A stretch of 64,000 nucleotides of DNA from IMG/VR virus record IMGVR_UViG_3300030012_005163, positions 64,001-128,000 of that record, one strand, 5' to 3'. Each line of letters opens with the position of its first letter. Within the stretch, counting starts at the first letter, position 1. The translations under genes were made by a program, and so were the position numbers. Under the pieces are notes generated by a model. The model did no database searches and was not told the DNA's origin. It saw nothing but the letters and a program-made list of their open reading frames with translations. This DNA is from a virus. Positions 1 through 9,424 of the stretch are shown piece by piece.

Positions 1-1
1 T

Positions 2-346
2 CTTTTTCCTTATACCAAAACAGATACACACACTTCTACTGATATCTCAGTTGGGTTAATGCATAAAGCAATGAATCATTTGGCATCTGCCCTTAGAGAT
101 ATAGAGGCAGCAATACAATTCGCATATGAAGCAGATACAAATAATGAAGATTTAATTGAAGGTTTAGAAGATATAAGGAAATCATTATTACATGGAAGTG
201 GACAAGGTGCAGGATGGGACGGTACAGAGGAACACGATAATATAATTAATGAGTTAGGTTCATTAATTGATAAATATAGTGATAGTAATGATAATTTTAA
301 TATTAATGGTTATCACGATCAGAAAGCTCCCGAAGGTACTCCCTAA
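2..346 (+). CDS. Hypothetical protein, probably 5'-truncated by the window edge
   Basis: The frame of the 59..346 ORF is open back to position 2 (LFPYTKTDTHTSTDISVGLMHK...). Its 3' end overlaps the convergent glutaredoxin gene by 44 nt. No motif recognised. Confidence 0.55.
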   Translation, partial: LFPYTKTDTHTSTDISVGLMHKAMNHLASALRDIEAAIQFAYEADTNNEDLIEGLEDIRKSLLHGSGQGAGWDGTEEHDNIINELGSLIDKYSDSNDNFNINGYHDQKAPEGTP

Positions 347-590
347 TTAAAATTACTGCATCATCAATCTTTTTAAATGTTCTTTCTGGAAGAAATGCTT
401 TTTTACCTATAACGATTGCAGGTAAGTAATCACTTTCTACTTTTTTTGAGAATGATTCATATAAAACCTCATTTTCAGATTGGTCTACATCTATTTCTTT
501 AAATTCAATATTAGATTCCTTAAGTTGTGATTTTAAATTATCACAATGAGGACATCCTTTCATACTAAATACTATTGGTGTTACTTTCAT
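303..590 (-). CDS. Glutaredoxin/thioredoxin-fold protein
   Basis: 95 aa; IVFSMKGCPHC (CxxC after the first beta strand) and YLPAIVIG (cis-Pro region). Confidence 0.85.
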   Translation of the reverse strand: MKVTPIVFSMKGCPHCDNLKSQLKESNIEFKEIDVDQSENEVLYESFSKKVESDYLPAIVIGKKAFLPERTFKKIDDAVILIREYLRELSDRDNH

Positions 591-2391
591 TTTCTATTTT
601 TTTTATAAATTCTGTTATTATATCTTCTTCACCCATTATTGTTCCTATTATTTTCTTTTTTTCGTTTAAAATATCCCATACTAATGTATCTATAGTATCA
701 TCTATTAACATATAATAAATATTAACAGTTTTGTTTTGCCCAATTCTATATGCTCTATCTTCTGCTTGTTCATGATTACCAGGAACCCAGTCTAACGAAT
801 TCATAATAACTATTTCTGCAGCAGTTAAAGTTAATCCTACACCCGCAGCCTTTATTTGTCCTACAAAAACTTTACAGTTATCATCTTCTTGAAATCTATC
901 AACCGCTAATTGTTTTTGTTTTTCGGACATTCCTCCTCTGATACAAACACATTTGTCTCCAAAGTGTCTAATAAAAGCATCCATCTCATCATTAAAATTA
1001 CAAAATATTATAGTTTTTTTATCTAACTCTAAAGCTTCTTCAACCTTTTCTATTGTATAAGGTACAGTTTCCATTGCGATAAAAGTTCTTAACAAAGTAG
1101 CTTCTACTAAATCTCTTGCTGGATTACCTTTTTTACCGTCTATTTTTCTTTGTGCTAAATATTCTTCCCATACATTTTTATAACCATCTACATTTTGTAA
1201 TTCTAAATAAATTGGTGTTATAAGTTTATCTGGTAAATCTAATACTTCTTCTTTTTTACGTCTCAAAATAGTTCTTTTTGTTTTCTGTGCTAATTCTTCT
1301 AAATTAGACGCACCTTTAGTAACCCAAACAAATCTACCACCTTTTTTAAATCTAACACCTTCACAATATGTTCTAGCATAATGAACCCAATTATTAGCAA
1401 CACTACACTCTATTATTGATAATAAGTTATAATAATCCATAGGACGATTAGCTATAGGTGTACCTGTTAATAACCAACATCTTTTAGGTGAAAATCTTTT
1501 GGATATATCTTTTAAAATTTTACCTCTAATACTTTTATGGTTTTTAACAAAGTGAGCTTCATCTAAAATAATTAAATCAGGATTAAATTCAACTATTTCT
1601 CTTCTTAATTCCCATTCTTCATATTTTTTACCCCTTTCTTCTATTGTGTGGAAATTTTTAAGTATGTCATAATTTATAATAGTAAATCTATTTGGATCCC
1701 AATGTTTACCTTTTATTATAGAAACATCTTCACAGAAATTTTGTACTTCTCTCATCCAATTAATCTTCAAAGATGCAGGACAAACAATTAAAACTCTTTC
1801 TGCACCACATTCTAATGCGGCAACAATAGATTGGTAAGTTTTACCTAATCCCATATCATCCGCTAAAATACATTTTTTATTTTTTAATAAAAATTCTATC
1901 CCTTCTTCTTGATGTTTAAACGCCCTCCATCCTCTTTTATCTAAATCAATATATTTTTCAAAATCTACTTCTACATCTATTTCTTCATAATGTATATCCT
2001 CAATTAATTGAGTTTTAGGAATCCATATTAATTTAACTTCTTTTTGATTTTTATAAAATTTACATATTGCATGTATTGCTTTATCACTTTCTGCCAAAAT
2101 AGTTTCTACTAATATTTTTGAAATAGGTACTTTTAATTTATATTCTTCTTGCAGTTGATTGGAATAGTATTCTGTTAATTTTACAACTTTATTGATTGTT
2201 TTAGGAATATAATTAAAGTAATTAGTAATATATTTTGTTTGACTATTAGTTAAGAAATAAGACTTTTCCGTTTGGTATTTTTTCTTTATATAATTAATAT
2301 AAGGATTTTTACCTTCATATGTCACTAACAGTTCTTCTATTTTTAATCCCTTTATGTCTTTTATGTCTAACATATTTCTAATTATAATCAT
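565..2391 (-). CDS. SNF2/SWI2-family helicase-like ATPase (SMARCAL1/HARP-like)
   Basis: LADDMGLGKT, DEAH, LLTGTPIANRP and QAEDRAYRIGQ motifs. The true start may be the Met at 2373. Confidence 0.93.
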   Translation of the reverse strand: MIIIRNMLDIKDIKGLKIEELLVTYEGKNPYINYIKKKYQTEKSYFLTNSQTKYITNYFNYIPKTINKVVKLTEYYSNQLQEEYKLKVPISKILVETILAESDKAIHAICKFYKNQKEVKLIWIPKTQLIEDIHYEEIDVEVDFEKYIDLDKRGWRAFKHQEEGIEFLLKNKKCILADDMGLGKTYQSIVAALECGAERVLIVCPASLKINWMREVQNFCEDVSIIKGKHWDPNRFTIINYDILKNFHTIEERGKKYEEWELRREIVEFNPDLIILDEAHFVKNHKSIRGKILKDISKRFSPKRCWLLTGTPIANRPMDYYNLLSIIECSVANNWVHYARTYCEGVRFKKGGRFVWVTKGASNLEELAQKTKRTILRRKKEEVLDLPDKLITPIYLELQNVDGYKNVWEEYLAQRKIDGKKGNPARDLVEATLLRTFIAMETVPYTIEKVEEALELDKKTIIFCNFNDEMDAFIRHFGDKCVCIRGGMSEKQKQLAVDRFQEDDNCKVFVGQIKAAGVGLTLTAAEIVIMNSLDWVPGNHEQAEDRAYRIGQNKTVNIYYMLIDDTIDTLVWDILNEKKKIIGTIMGEEDIITEFIKKIENESNTNSI

Positions 2392-2403
2392 TTTTTTGCA
2401 AAG

Positions 2404-2417
2404 TATAAATATTTATA
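2404..2417. promoter_or_regulatory. Perfect 14-bp palindrome TATAAATATTTATA giving a TATTTATA motif on both strands between divergent genes
   Basis: Read directly from the sequence; lies between the SNF2 start (minus strand) and ATG 2430 (plus strand). Confidence 0.6.
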
Positions 2418-2429
2418 GAAAAAAGATAC

Positions 2430-2951
2430 ATGAAATATAACAGAAAAGTACCAATTACGAGAGTAAATAAGTTTTTTTCACAAGAAGATTTTAATTTAGA
2501 GGTAAATTTTGGTAGAGAATGGCTTGAAGGAGATATTAATATTAAAGTTGTTCTTTTTCAAGTTGATCAAGGTAAATCATTAACGGATGATATATACGGA
2601 GAAGCAGCACCTAATGAAATAAGATTTAAAACGCCTGTGGAAATAACTGTTAATTTTCAAATGGAATCTCCTAAAAATGAAGCTTGGAATCCTAATGGTA
2701 GTTTAAGACATTTAGAACACGGTAATCTAACTTTGGGTGTCTATCAATCACATTTAGATGAATTGGGGGTTGAAATAAATTACGGTGATTATATAGGGTA
2801 TCCAGAAACTGAGGATAAAATGACTTATTGGACAGTATCTAATAATGGTATAATAACATCAGACAACGCACACACTATAGCAGGATATAAAGGATTTTAC
2901 AGAACTGTGACATGTGTACCGACTCCTGAAGATGAATTTAAAGGTATTTAA
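2430..2951 (+). CDS. Putative neck/head-closure protein
   Basis: 173 aa; beta-rich; first gene of the neck-tail operon, upstream of the tail completion and sheath genes. Confidence 0.55.
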   Translation: MKYNRKVPITRVNKFFSQEDFNLEVNFGREWLEGDINIKVVLFQVDQGKSLTDDIYGEAAPNEIRFKTPVEITVNFQMESPKNEAWNPNGSLRHLEHGNLTLGVYQSHLDELGVEINYGDYIGYPETEDKMTYWTVSNNGIITSDNAHTIAGYKGFYRTVTCVPTPEDEFKGI

Positions 2952-2956
2952 TATAA

Positions 2957-3988
2957 ATGGGACTTCCTAAAAATTATAGAAAAAATTTAAAATTTACGCC
3001 TACACCACAAGGTTTTGAAGCCCGACAAGGAATTTTGAATGATATTGCGAATCCGGGAACGTATCTTCCTAAAGGTATTCTACATGAAGATATGGACAGA
3101 GAATTTGTTCAATATATGGAAGACGATATAACTTTAGTATTGAATGGTGAAAAAGTACCAGTTATTTTCTTAAGTATACAAAGATGGGCAGAGTTTGCAA
3201 AAACTTGGCAATTTTCGGATGAATACAAAAATATAACAATGCCTTTTATTACTATAATAAGAAAACCAGACGCACAAACAGGAACTAATTATGCAGGAAA
3301 ATTTAATGTGCCTGGTAAACCTACTTTTACATATATGAAAATACCTACATGGGATGGTAACATAAAAAGTTTTGACATTTATAAAATACCACAACCTGTT
3401 TCAGTAGATTTAAATTATGAAGTGAGATTATTTTGTACTAGAATGAGGGATTTAAATATATTAAATAGATTGATGTTAGATTCATTTTCTGCGGGTGAAA
3501 AATATATAAGAGTAAATGGACACCCAATTCCTCTTATGATGGACAATATTGGTGATGAGAGTTCCATACAAAATTTAGATGAAAAAAGATATTACGTACA
3601 ATTATTTAGTATTAAAATGTTAGGTTATTTATTAGATCCTAAACAATTTGAGGTTACACCTGCAATTAGTAGAGCAATTAACTTCTTTGAGGTTAGTGAA
3701 AATGTACATTATGCGGCATTTCAGATTAAACCGAGGGAAGAAGATACCTCAATTGAAATCAACATACAATATGCACCAGGAATTAATGTTTTCCAATTGG
3801 TAGTTGAAAATGATACAGAATATAACAATATTTCTCAACAAAATATTAGTTCTTTTACTATAACTGTAGATGGAGAAGTGAAAAACTTACCTTTTGAAGT
3901 GACATATGGACAAACATTAGAAATAAACATAACAAAATTAGATGTGGCAAATACCGCATTTCTTACATTAATAGGTAATACAAAATGA
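2957..3988 (+). CDS. Putative tail completion/terminator protein (T4 gp15-like)
   Basis: MPFITIIR...PQPVSVDLNYEVRLF pattern typical of tail terminator folds; position upstream of the sheath. Confidence 0.6.
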   Translation: MGLPKNYRKNLKFTPTPQGFEARQGILNDIANPGTYLPKGILHEDMDREFVQYMEDDITLVLNGEKVPVIFLSIQRWAEFAKTWQFSDEYKNITMPFITIIRKPDAQTGTNYAGKFNVPGKPTFTYMKIPTWDGNIKSFDIYKIPQPVSVDLNYEVRLFCTRMRDLNILNRLMLDSFSAGEKYIRVNGHPIPLMMDNIGDESSIQNLDEKRYYVQLFSIKMLGYLLDPKQFEVTPAISRAINFFEVSENVHYAAFQIKPREEDTSIEINIQYAPGINVFQLVVENDTEYNNISQQNISSFTITVDGEVKNLPFEVTYGQTLEINITKLDVANTAFLTLIGNTK

Positions 3989-4284
3989 AAAGGATTATAA
4001 GAAATTATGTTGTTAGAGACCCAAAACCTATTTTGGATACACTTATAGGTGGTGGTGTAATCAATAATTATCAAGCATTAACTTTTAACCCTTCTGTTGA
4101 TGGGCAAATTATATTTGAAGAAATAATTGATTTAGATATAAGTGATGTAAATAAAACTGAATTATACATAAACGGTATAAGATATCATATAGGGAAGGAT
4201 TACCAAATAGAAAATAGAAAATTGAAGTGGGAAGGTAGTTTTAATTTAGAAACTTCTTATAATTTAGTTTTTATTGCGAGATAA
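3985..4284 (+). CDS. Small virion-type beta protein
   Basis: 99 aa; LYINGIRYHIGKDYQI resembles the LNG-x-L-x-x-G-x-(D/E)-Y repeats also seen in ORF 59654. ATGA overlap with the upstream gene. Confidence 0.6.
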   Translation: MKRIIRNYVVRDPKPILDTLIGGGVINNYQALTFNPSVDGQIIFEEIIDLDISDVNKTELYINGIRYHIGKDYQIENRKLKWEGSFNLETSYNLVFIAR

Positions 4285-4285
4285 A

Positions 4286-4444
4286 CTATTTAAGTATTTC
4301 TCCATATAAATCTTTTTTGGGTATACATTTCTCTTTAATTATTTTTTCCACAAATGCAAACATTTTCAATCCATTTTCCTCACAATAAGTTTTTAATAAT
4401 AAATGAGTTTTAGGGGTTATTTTTAGATTTTTAGTCCTTTTCAT
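4286..4444 (-). CDS. 52-aa ribbon-helix-helix-like DNA-binding protein (not in the ORF track)
   Basis: Hand translation: MKRTKNLKITPKTHLLLKTYCEENGLKMFAFVEKIIKEKCIPKKDLYGEILK*. It shows the strand-helix-G-helix pattern and fills the gap before the sheath gene. Confidence 0.75.
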   Translation of the reverse strand: MKRTKNLKITPKTHLLLKTYCEENGLKMFAFVEKIIKEKCIPKKDLYGEILK

Positions 4445-4456
4445 AGTTGTTTTTTA

Positions 4457-4491
4457 TATAAGTATGATAAAAGTATGAAAAATATCATACT
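4457..4491. promoter_or_regulatory. Candidate operator: AGTATGA at 4461 and 4472 (11-bp period) plus inverted TCATACT at 4485, overlapping a minus-strand TACTTATA motif
   Basis: Repeats read directly from the sequence, between the RHH start codon and the sheath promoter motif. Confidence 0.55.
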
Positions 4492-4539
4492 AAATATCTT
4501 AATATTAAAATAAATCACTTACTTTCAAAAATAATTGCA

Positions 4540-4547
4540 TATTTATA
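4540..4547 (+). promoter_or_regulatory. TATTTATA putative late-promoter motif (sheath)
   Basis: The same motif precedes 15 genes in the window. Confidence 0.65.
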
Positions 4548-4588
4548 ATAAAAACAAAATAATAAAAAAGATTAAAATAAAAAATTAA

Positions 4589-7411
4589 ATGGCTTCAACA
4601 AATAGAATTTTCGTTAGTCCAGGTGTTTTTACATCAGAAAAGGATTTAACATTCGTAACAAGACAAGTGGGGGTAACTACTTTAGGGTTACTAGGGGAAA
4701 CTCCTAAAGGACCAGCATTTGAACCAGTATTCATCTCAAATTATGATGAATTTACTTCTTATTTTGGTGGTTTAGATCCTGCTAAATATAAGGGCAACGG
4801 ATACCCAAAATTTGAACTTAATTATATTGCGAGATCATTTTTAACTCAGACTAACCAACTTTATGTAAGTAGAGTATTAGGTTTATCTGGTTATAAAGCA
4901 GGAAATGCGTGGTGTATCACTTTAGACGCAGCTGCAGACCCTTCAACGGCAGCATCGGCAAGTACATCTACTTTTACTATGACATACAGTGCTAGTACAG
5001 GAGGTTCACCACTAACATTAGACTTTGATAGTGCAATTCTACAAGAATTATATGATGAAGGTGAAATTAGTAGTAGTTTTAGTGATTTAGGTTTAAAAGG
5101 AACTGGTGATACTATATCTATTTCTACACCGGCATATATAAAAGTAGGTACAACATTTTCAGGTGCTACTTTTGACTTAACTATAAACTCCACAGGATCT
5201 GGTAGTACTACTTCATTTGTAACTGGTAGTACAACAGGTACAGTAGTTACTTATACGGCATCTTCATATGGTATTGATGGTAGTGTAGTGGCAACTTTAA
5301 GATCTAGAGGTAATTATGGTGGAGACCAAATATTAGATTACACAGTATCAGGTATAACAGATGCTAGTATGACAAATACCTCCGCTATTGTAACTAATCC
5401 ATTTGGTAACTTTACTATAAGTGGTACGACAAGTAGTGGTAATGATTTTGATTATAATGTTTCATTAGATAGAACTAAAAAGAATTATTTACCTAACGTA
5501 TTTGGTGTTTATGCACAAGATAAAGAGACTGAACTTTTCGTAGAGGAATTATTCATTAATAGTTTAGATGATTTAAACACCGCAGGAAAAGTTAGAGGTT
5601 TAGATATTACGTTCCTTAGAATTAGTGGAGATTCAACTAATAACCTAAGTAACTATGAAGAAAAATATCAATCAGCCGCTTCACCATATGTTTTATCAGA
5701 ATTAAGAGGTAATAAATTACAAAGATTATTTAGGTTTATTACAATTTCTGACGGTGATGCAGCAAACAGAGATATTAAATTCTCAATTATTAATATTAAA
5801 CCAGATGATAAGACATTTGATTTAATAGTTAGAAGGTATAATGATACAGACGCTAATTTAAGTGTTATTGAGAAATTTTCTAAATTATCATTAGATCCGA
5901 GAGATAATGGATTTATTGGTAGAAAGATAGGTACTTCAGATGGAGAGTTTCCATTAAGAAGTAATTACATAATGGTAGAGATGGCAACAGATTACCCAAC
6001 TAACGGTATTCCAGCAGGTTTTGAAGGTGTACAAGTTAGAGATTACATAGGTGATAGAACGGCATTACCACCACAAATAGAATATGGAACAGAGTATCCA
6101 TCACTAAATAATTCACAATTAAGAAGATATTATTTAGGTCTTAACACAACTATTGGTGTGGATCAAGATTTCTTCGATTATAAAGGTTTAGATGCAGTTA
6201 CTAACTTAGCATATACAGGTAAATCAGATGGTTTCCATTTAGACGTAAATGCAGAAGGTGCTGAAATATCAGCGGGTGACGATAGTTACTTCCCATCATT
6301 ACAAGTGGGGATTTCAGCGTTTACTACTGAAGCTTCACTAGTAGGTGGACCATATGAAAAAGTAAGTGCTAGAAAATTCACATTTGCACCTTATGGTGGT
6401 TATGATGGATGGGATGTTTATCGTTTAGATAGAACAAATACTGACGCATACACTAAAACTGGAAGTAAAGGTAGTGAAGGATTAACTAATGGTACGTTTA
6501 CTACTTATACAACATCAGAAGGTGATGACGGTATTACTTCTGACTACTACGCATACTTAGAAGGTATTTACACTTATAATAATCCTGAAGCAGTTAACAT
6601 CAACGTATTTGCAACTCCAGGTTTAGACTTAAGAGATCAACCTTCATTAATTGATGCGGCAGTAGATATGGTTGAAAATGATAGAGCAGATTCATTATAT
6701 GTAATTACTACTCCTGATACGGATAGTTCTGGTGAAACTGTTTTAACTACGGATGAAGCGGTTGATATATTAGACGATTCCGGAATTGATAGTAACTATT
6801 CTGCAACTTACTTCCCTTGGTTACAAATGAATGATACAGAAAACAATCAGTACATTTGGTTACCACCAACTTTAGAAGTTGTTAGAAACATTGCTTTAAC
6901 GGATAACGTAGCATTCCCTTGGTTCGCAGCAGCTGGTTTAAACAGAGGTACAACAAACGCAATTAAAGCTAGAACAAAATTAACCTTAGATCAAAGAGAT
7001 GATTTATATGAAGGAAGAATTAATCCAATGGCAACATTCTCAGATGTAGGTGTTTGTATTTGGGGTAATAAAACCTTACAATCTAAAGATACGGCACTTA
7101 ACAGAATTAATGTTAGAAGATTGTTATTACAAGCTAGAAAACTTATTTCGGCAGTATCTATTAGATTATTATTCGAACAGAATGATGATGTTGTAAGAAA
7201 TCAATTCCTTTCATTAGTTAATCCAATATTGGATAATATTAGAAAAGAAAGAGGTTTAACTGACTTTAGAGTTGTATTAGATGATACACCAGAATCTATC
7301 GACAGAAATGAATTAAATGGTAGAATATTCATTAAACCGACAAGATCTTTAGAGTACATTAGTATTGAATTTAATATTACTAATACTGGAGCATCTTTTG
7401 ATGATATCTAA
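4589..7411 (+). CDS. gp18: Contractile tail sheath protein
   Basis: N-terminal FVSPGVFTSEKDLT; C-terminal PWFAAAGLNRG, GRINP, WGNKTL, RINVRRLL, IFIKPTRSLEYISIEF. Confidence 0.96.
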   Translation: MASTNRIFVSPGVFTSEKDLTFVTRQVGVTTLGLLGETPKGPAFEPVFISNYDEFTSYFGGLDPAKYKGNGYPKFELNYIARSFLTQTNQLYVSRVLGLSGYKAGNAWCITLDAAADPSTAASASTSTFTMTYSASTGGSPLTLDFDSAILQELYDEGEISSSFSDLGLKGTGDTISISTPAYIKVGTTFSGATFDLTINSTGSGSTTSFVTGSTTGTVVTYTASSYGIDGSVVATLRSRGNYGGDQILDYTVSGITDASMTNTSAIVTNPFGNFTISGTTSSGNDFDYNVSLDRTKKNYLPNVFGVYAQDKETELFVEELFINSLDDLNTAGKVRGLDITFLRISGDSTNNLSNYEEKYQSAASPYVLSELRGNKLQRLFRFITISDGDAANRDIKFSIINIKPDDKTFDLIVRRYNDTDANLSVIEKFSKLSLDPRDNGFIGRKIGTSDGEFPLRSNYIMVEMATDYPTNGIPAGFEGVQVRDYIGDRTALPPQIEYGTEYPSLNNSQLRRYYLGLNTTIGVDQDFFDYKGLDAVTNLAYTGKSDGFHLDVNAEGAEISAGDDSYFPSLQVGISAFTTEASLVGGPYEKVSARKFTFAPYGGYDGWDVYRLDRTNTDAYTKTGSKGSEGLTNGTFTTYTTSEGDDGITSDYYAYLEGIYTYNNPEAVNINVFATPGLDLRDQPSLIDAAVDMVENDRADSLYVITTPDTDSSGETVLTTDEAVDILDDSGIDSNYSATYFPWLQMNDTENNQYIWLPPTLEVVRNIALTDNVAFPWFAAAGLNRGTTNAIKARTKLTLDQRDDLYEGRINPMATFSDVGVCIWGNKTLQSKDTALNRINVRRLLLQARKLISAVSIRLLFEQNDDVVRNQFLSLVNPILDNIRKERGLTDFRVVLDDTPESIDRNELNGRIFIKPTRSLEYISIEFNITNTGASFDDI

Positions 7412-7431
7412 AATAAATAAAATATAATTAT

Positions 7432-7459
7432 AAGGTGGGATTATTCCCACCTTTTTTTT
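7432..7459 (+). terminator. Rho-independent terminator after the sheath gene
   Basis: AAGGTGGGA-ttat-TCCCACCTT followed by a T run. Confidence 0.9.
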
Positions 7460-7463
7460 GTCT

Positions 7464-8282
7464 ATGAAAATAAAATTAAGTCAATATCAAAAAAGTCTAC
7501 TTTTGGAATTTAAAAAAAGAGCATATTCATTTGATTGGGACGATAATATTTTATTTATGCCCACTAAAATTTATTTAGAGAAAAAGGTAGGTGATGGATG
7601 GATACCTGTTTTAGTAGGTACTGAAGAATTTAGAGAAATTAGGAATAGAGTTGGTAAAGATTATAGATACGAAAAAGATGACTTATATTATGCGTTTAAA
7701 GATTTCAGAGATTATGACGCATTTATAAGAGACACAAAAGAAGCATTAAGAAAAAAATCTTTCGGACCAAGTTTTAATAAATTTATTGAAGCGTTATTAT
7801 ATGGTAATGACTTTTCTATTATAACTGCTAGGGGAAATCCACCTAAAGCAATTAAAGATGGGATAAAAGTAATAATTGACACTATTTTTACTGAAGAACA
7901 AAAAGAAAAGATGTTATCTAACTTACATGGTACAACTATAGAACAATATCTAAACCTACAGGACTACTATCCTGTGACTTCTGACGAATTTGTAGAAGAA
8001 TTTGATACTGATGTAAGTGTAACTAAACCAGAAGTCGGTAAAATGATTGCATTAAAGACTTTTGTAAACAGAGTAGTTAACGCAGTTAAAGAAATGAAAG
8101 ATAATCCAGAATATAATGGTATGAGTATAGGTTTTAGTGATGATGATTTAGGTAATATAGAAAGTGCGGAGAAGTATATTGAAGAGGAATTAAAAAGATT
8201 ATATCCTGATGTTAGGTTTTTAGTGTATGATACATCTGAACCCGATAACCCTAAAAAGAAAAGAATAATAATTAAAAAATAA
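7464..8282 (+). CDS. HAD-superfamily hydrolase-like protein with an N-terminal leader
   Basis: FDWDDNIL (motif I), ITARG (motif II), FSDDD (motif IV). ATG 7464 is preferred over TTG 7458, which lies in the terminator T tract. Confidence 0.7.
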   Translation: MKIKLSQYQKSLLLEFKKRAYSFDWDDNILFMPTKIYLEKKVGDGWIPVLVGTEEFREIRNRVGKDYRYEKDDLYYAFKDFRDYDAFIRDTKEALRKKSFGPSFNKFIEALLYGNDFSIITARGNPPKAIKDGIKVIIDTIFTEEQKEKMLSNLHGTTIEQYLNLQDYYPVTSDEFVEEFDTDVSVTKPEVGKMIALKTFVNRVVNAVKEMKDNPEYNGMSIGFSDDDLGNIESAEKYIEEELKRLYPDVRFLVYDTSEPDNPKKKRIIIKK

Positions 8283-8302
8283 GATTTTATTTAAATATAT
8301 AA

Positions 8303-8310
8303 TATTTATT
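8303..8310 (+). promoter_or_regulatory. TATTTATT putative late-promoter motif
   Basis: 13 nt before ATG 8324. Confidence 0.6.
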
Positions 8311-8323
8311 AAAAAAGACTGAA

Positions 8324-8767
8324 ATGGAAAAGAATATAAATAACGAAATTAAAAGAATGAAATCATTGTTTAATGAGGAAAGACTTTACGGTAATATAGA
8401 AAATGATAAAGAAAATTTAAATGAAGGTTTAAAGTCTACATTAAAAGGTATTGGTGGAATGTTTAGAGGTACTGGGTATAGTTATACTAAATATGCTTAT
8501 GAATTATCTGGGGCATTGAAAGAACTTAATGAAGAATTAGAAGAAACAATTAAAGAAGTTAATAAGATAATTGATAAATCTAATAAATCTAAAATGAGTA
8601 ATGTAGCATTTGATAGATTAACTGTTCATGTGGCAGATGCAATAGATACCTATAAAATGGCTATAGATACTAATGATATTATTATTAAAGACTTAGATTT
8701 CTCTGTTAGTTCTAATAGGGGGGATGAAAGAGTAGATGATACTCCACAATCACAATTACAAAGATAA
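8324..8767 (+). CDS. Hypothetical helical protein with a conserved leader (putative capsid-internal protein)
   Basis: The first 24 aa are 19/24 identical to those of ORF 12498; LNE motif at the end of the leader. Confidence 0.7.
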   Translation: MEKNINNEIKRMKSLFNEERLYGNIENDKENLNEGLKSTLKGIGGMFRGTGYSYTKYAYELSGALKELNEELEETIKEVNKIIDKSNKSKMSNVAFDRLTVHVADAIDTYKMAIDTNDIIIKDLDFSVSSNRGDERVDDTPQSQLQR

Positions 8768-8806
8768 TAAAAAACATTAAAGATTTATATTTTTTTAAAA
8801 TTCAGA

Positions 8807-8814
8807 TATTTATT
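8807..8814 (+). promoter_or_regulatory. TATTTATT putative late-promoter motif (tail tube)
   Basis: Context AGATATTTATTAATAAA is identical to that at 16867. Confidence 0.65.
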
Positions 8815-8852
8815 AATAAAGAATAAAAAAACAACAGTAAAAAAAAGAAATT

Positions 8853-9341
8853 ATGGCAGATTTATTAATGAGAATGCCGGTTCCTTATGAACCATTAAGA
8901 AAGAATAGATGGATTCTTAGATTTCCAGATGATTTAGGAATTCAAGAATGGTGGATTTCTACTGCAAGTAGACCTAAATACACTAGTGATGAAGTATCAA
9001 TACCTTTTCTAAACACTGAAACTTATGTTATTGGTAGATTTAGATGGGAAACTATTTCTGTAACATTTAGAGACCCTATTGGACCATCTGCGACACAAGC
9101 ATTGATGGAGTGGGTAAGATTACATTCTGAGTCTGTAACTGGTAGACAAGGATATGCGGCAGGATACAAAAAGAATGTAGAGTTAGAAATGTTAGATCCT
9201 ACAGGTGTTGTAGTACAAAAATGGATTTTAGAGGGAACTCAATTAAATGATGCTGACTTTGGTGGTTTAGATTATAGTTCTTCCGACTTAGCAGACATTA
9301 CATGTACATTAAGATTTGATAGAGCGATTAACGTATTCTAA
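8853..9341 (+). CDS. gp19: Tail tube protein
   Basis: 162 aa; YEPLRKNRWILRF, GRFRWETISVTFRDPI, KWILEG, TLRFDRA; typical T4 gp19-like tube pattern. Confidence 0.92.
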   Translation: MADLLMRMPVPYEPLRKNRWILRFPDDLGIQEWWISTASRPKYTSDEVSIPFLNTETYVIGRFRWETISVTFRDPIGPSATQALMEWVRLHSESVTGRQGYAAGYKKNVELEMLDPTGVVVQKWILEGTQLNDADFGGLDYSSSDLADITCTLRFDRAINVF

Positions 9342-9364
9342 ATCAAACTAACATATATAATATT

Positions 9365-9388
9365 AAAAGTCGCTTTATGCGACTTTTT
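9365..9388 (+). terminator. Rho-independent terminator after the tube gene
   Basis: AAAAGTCGC-tttat-GCGACTTTT(T). Confidence 0.85.
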
Positions 9389-9405
9389 CTATGCTTTTAA
9401 ATATT

Positions 9406-9413
9406 TATTTATA
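9406..9413 (+). promoter_or_regulatory. TATTTATA putative late-promoter motif
   Basis: 11 nt before ATG 9425; overlaps a second copy at 9402. Confidence 0.6.
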
Positions 9414-9424
9414 AACCTATTAGG

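Noticed and set aside
7458-7463. TTG start for the HAD gene as given in the track
   Set aside because: It lies in the terminator T tract; ATG 7464 gives a leader like the other cargo-type genes.
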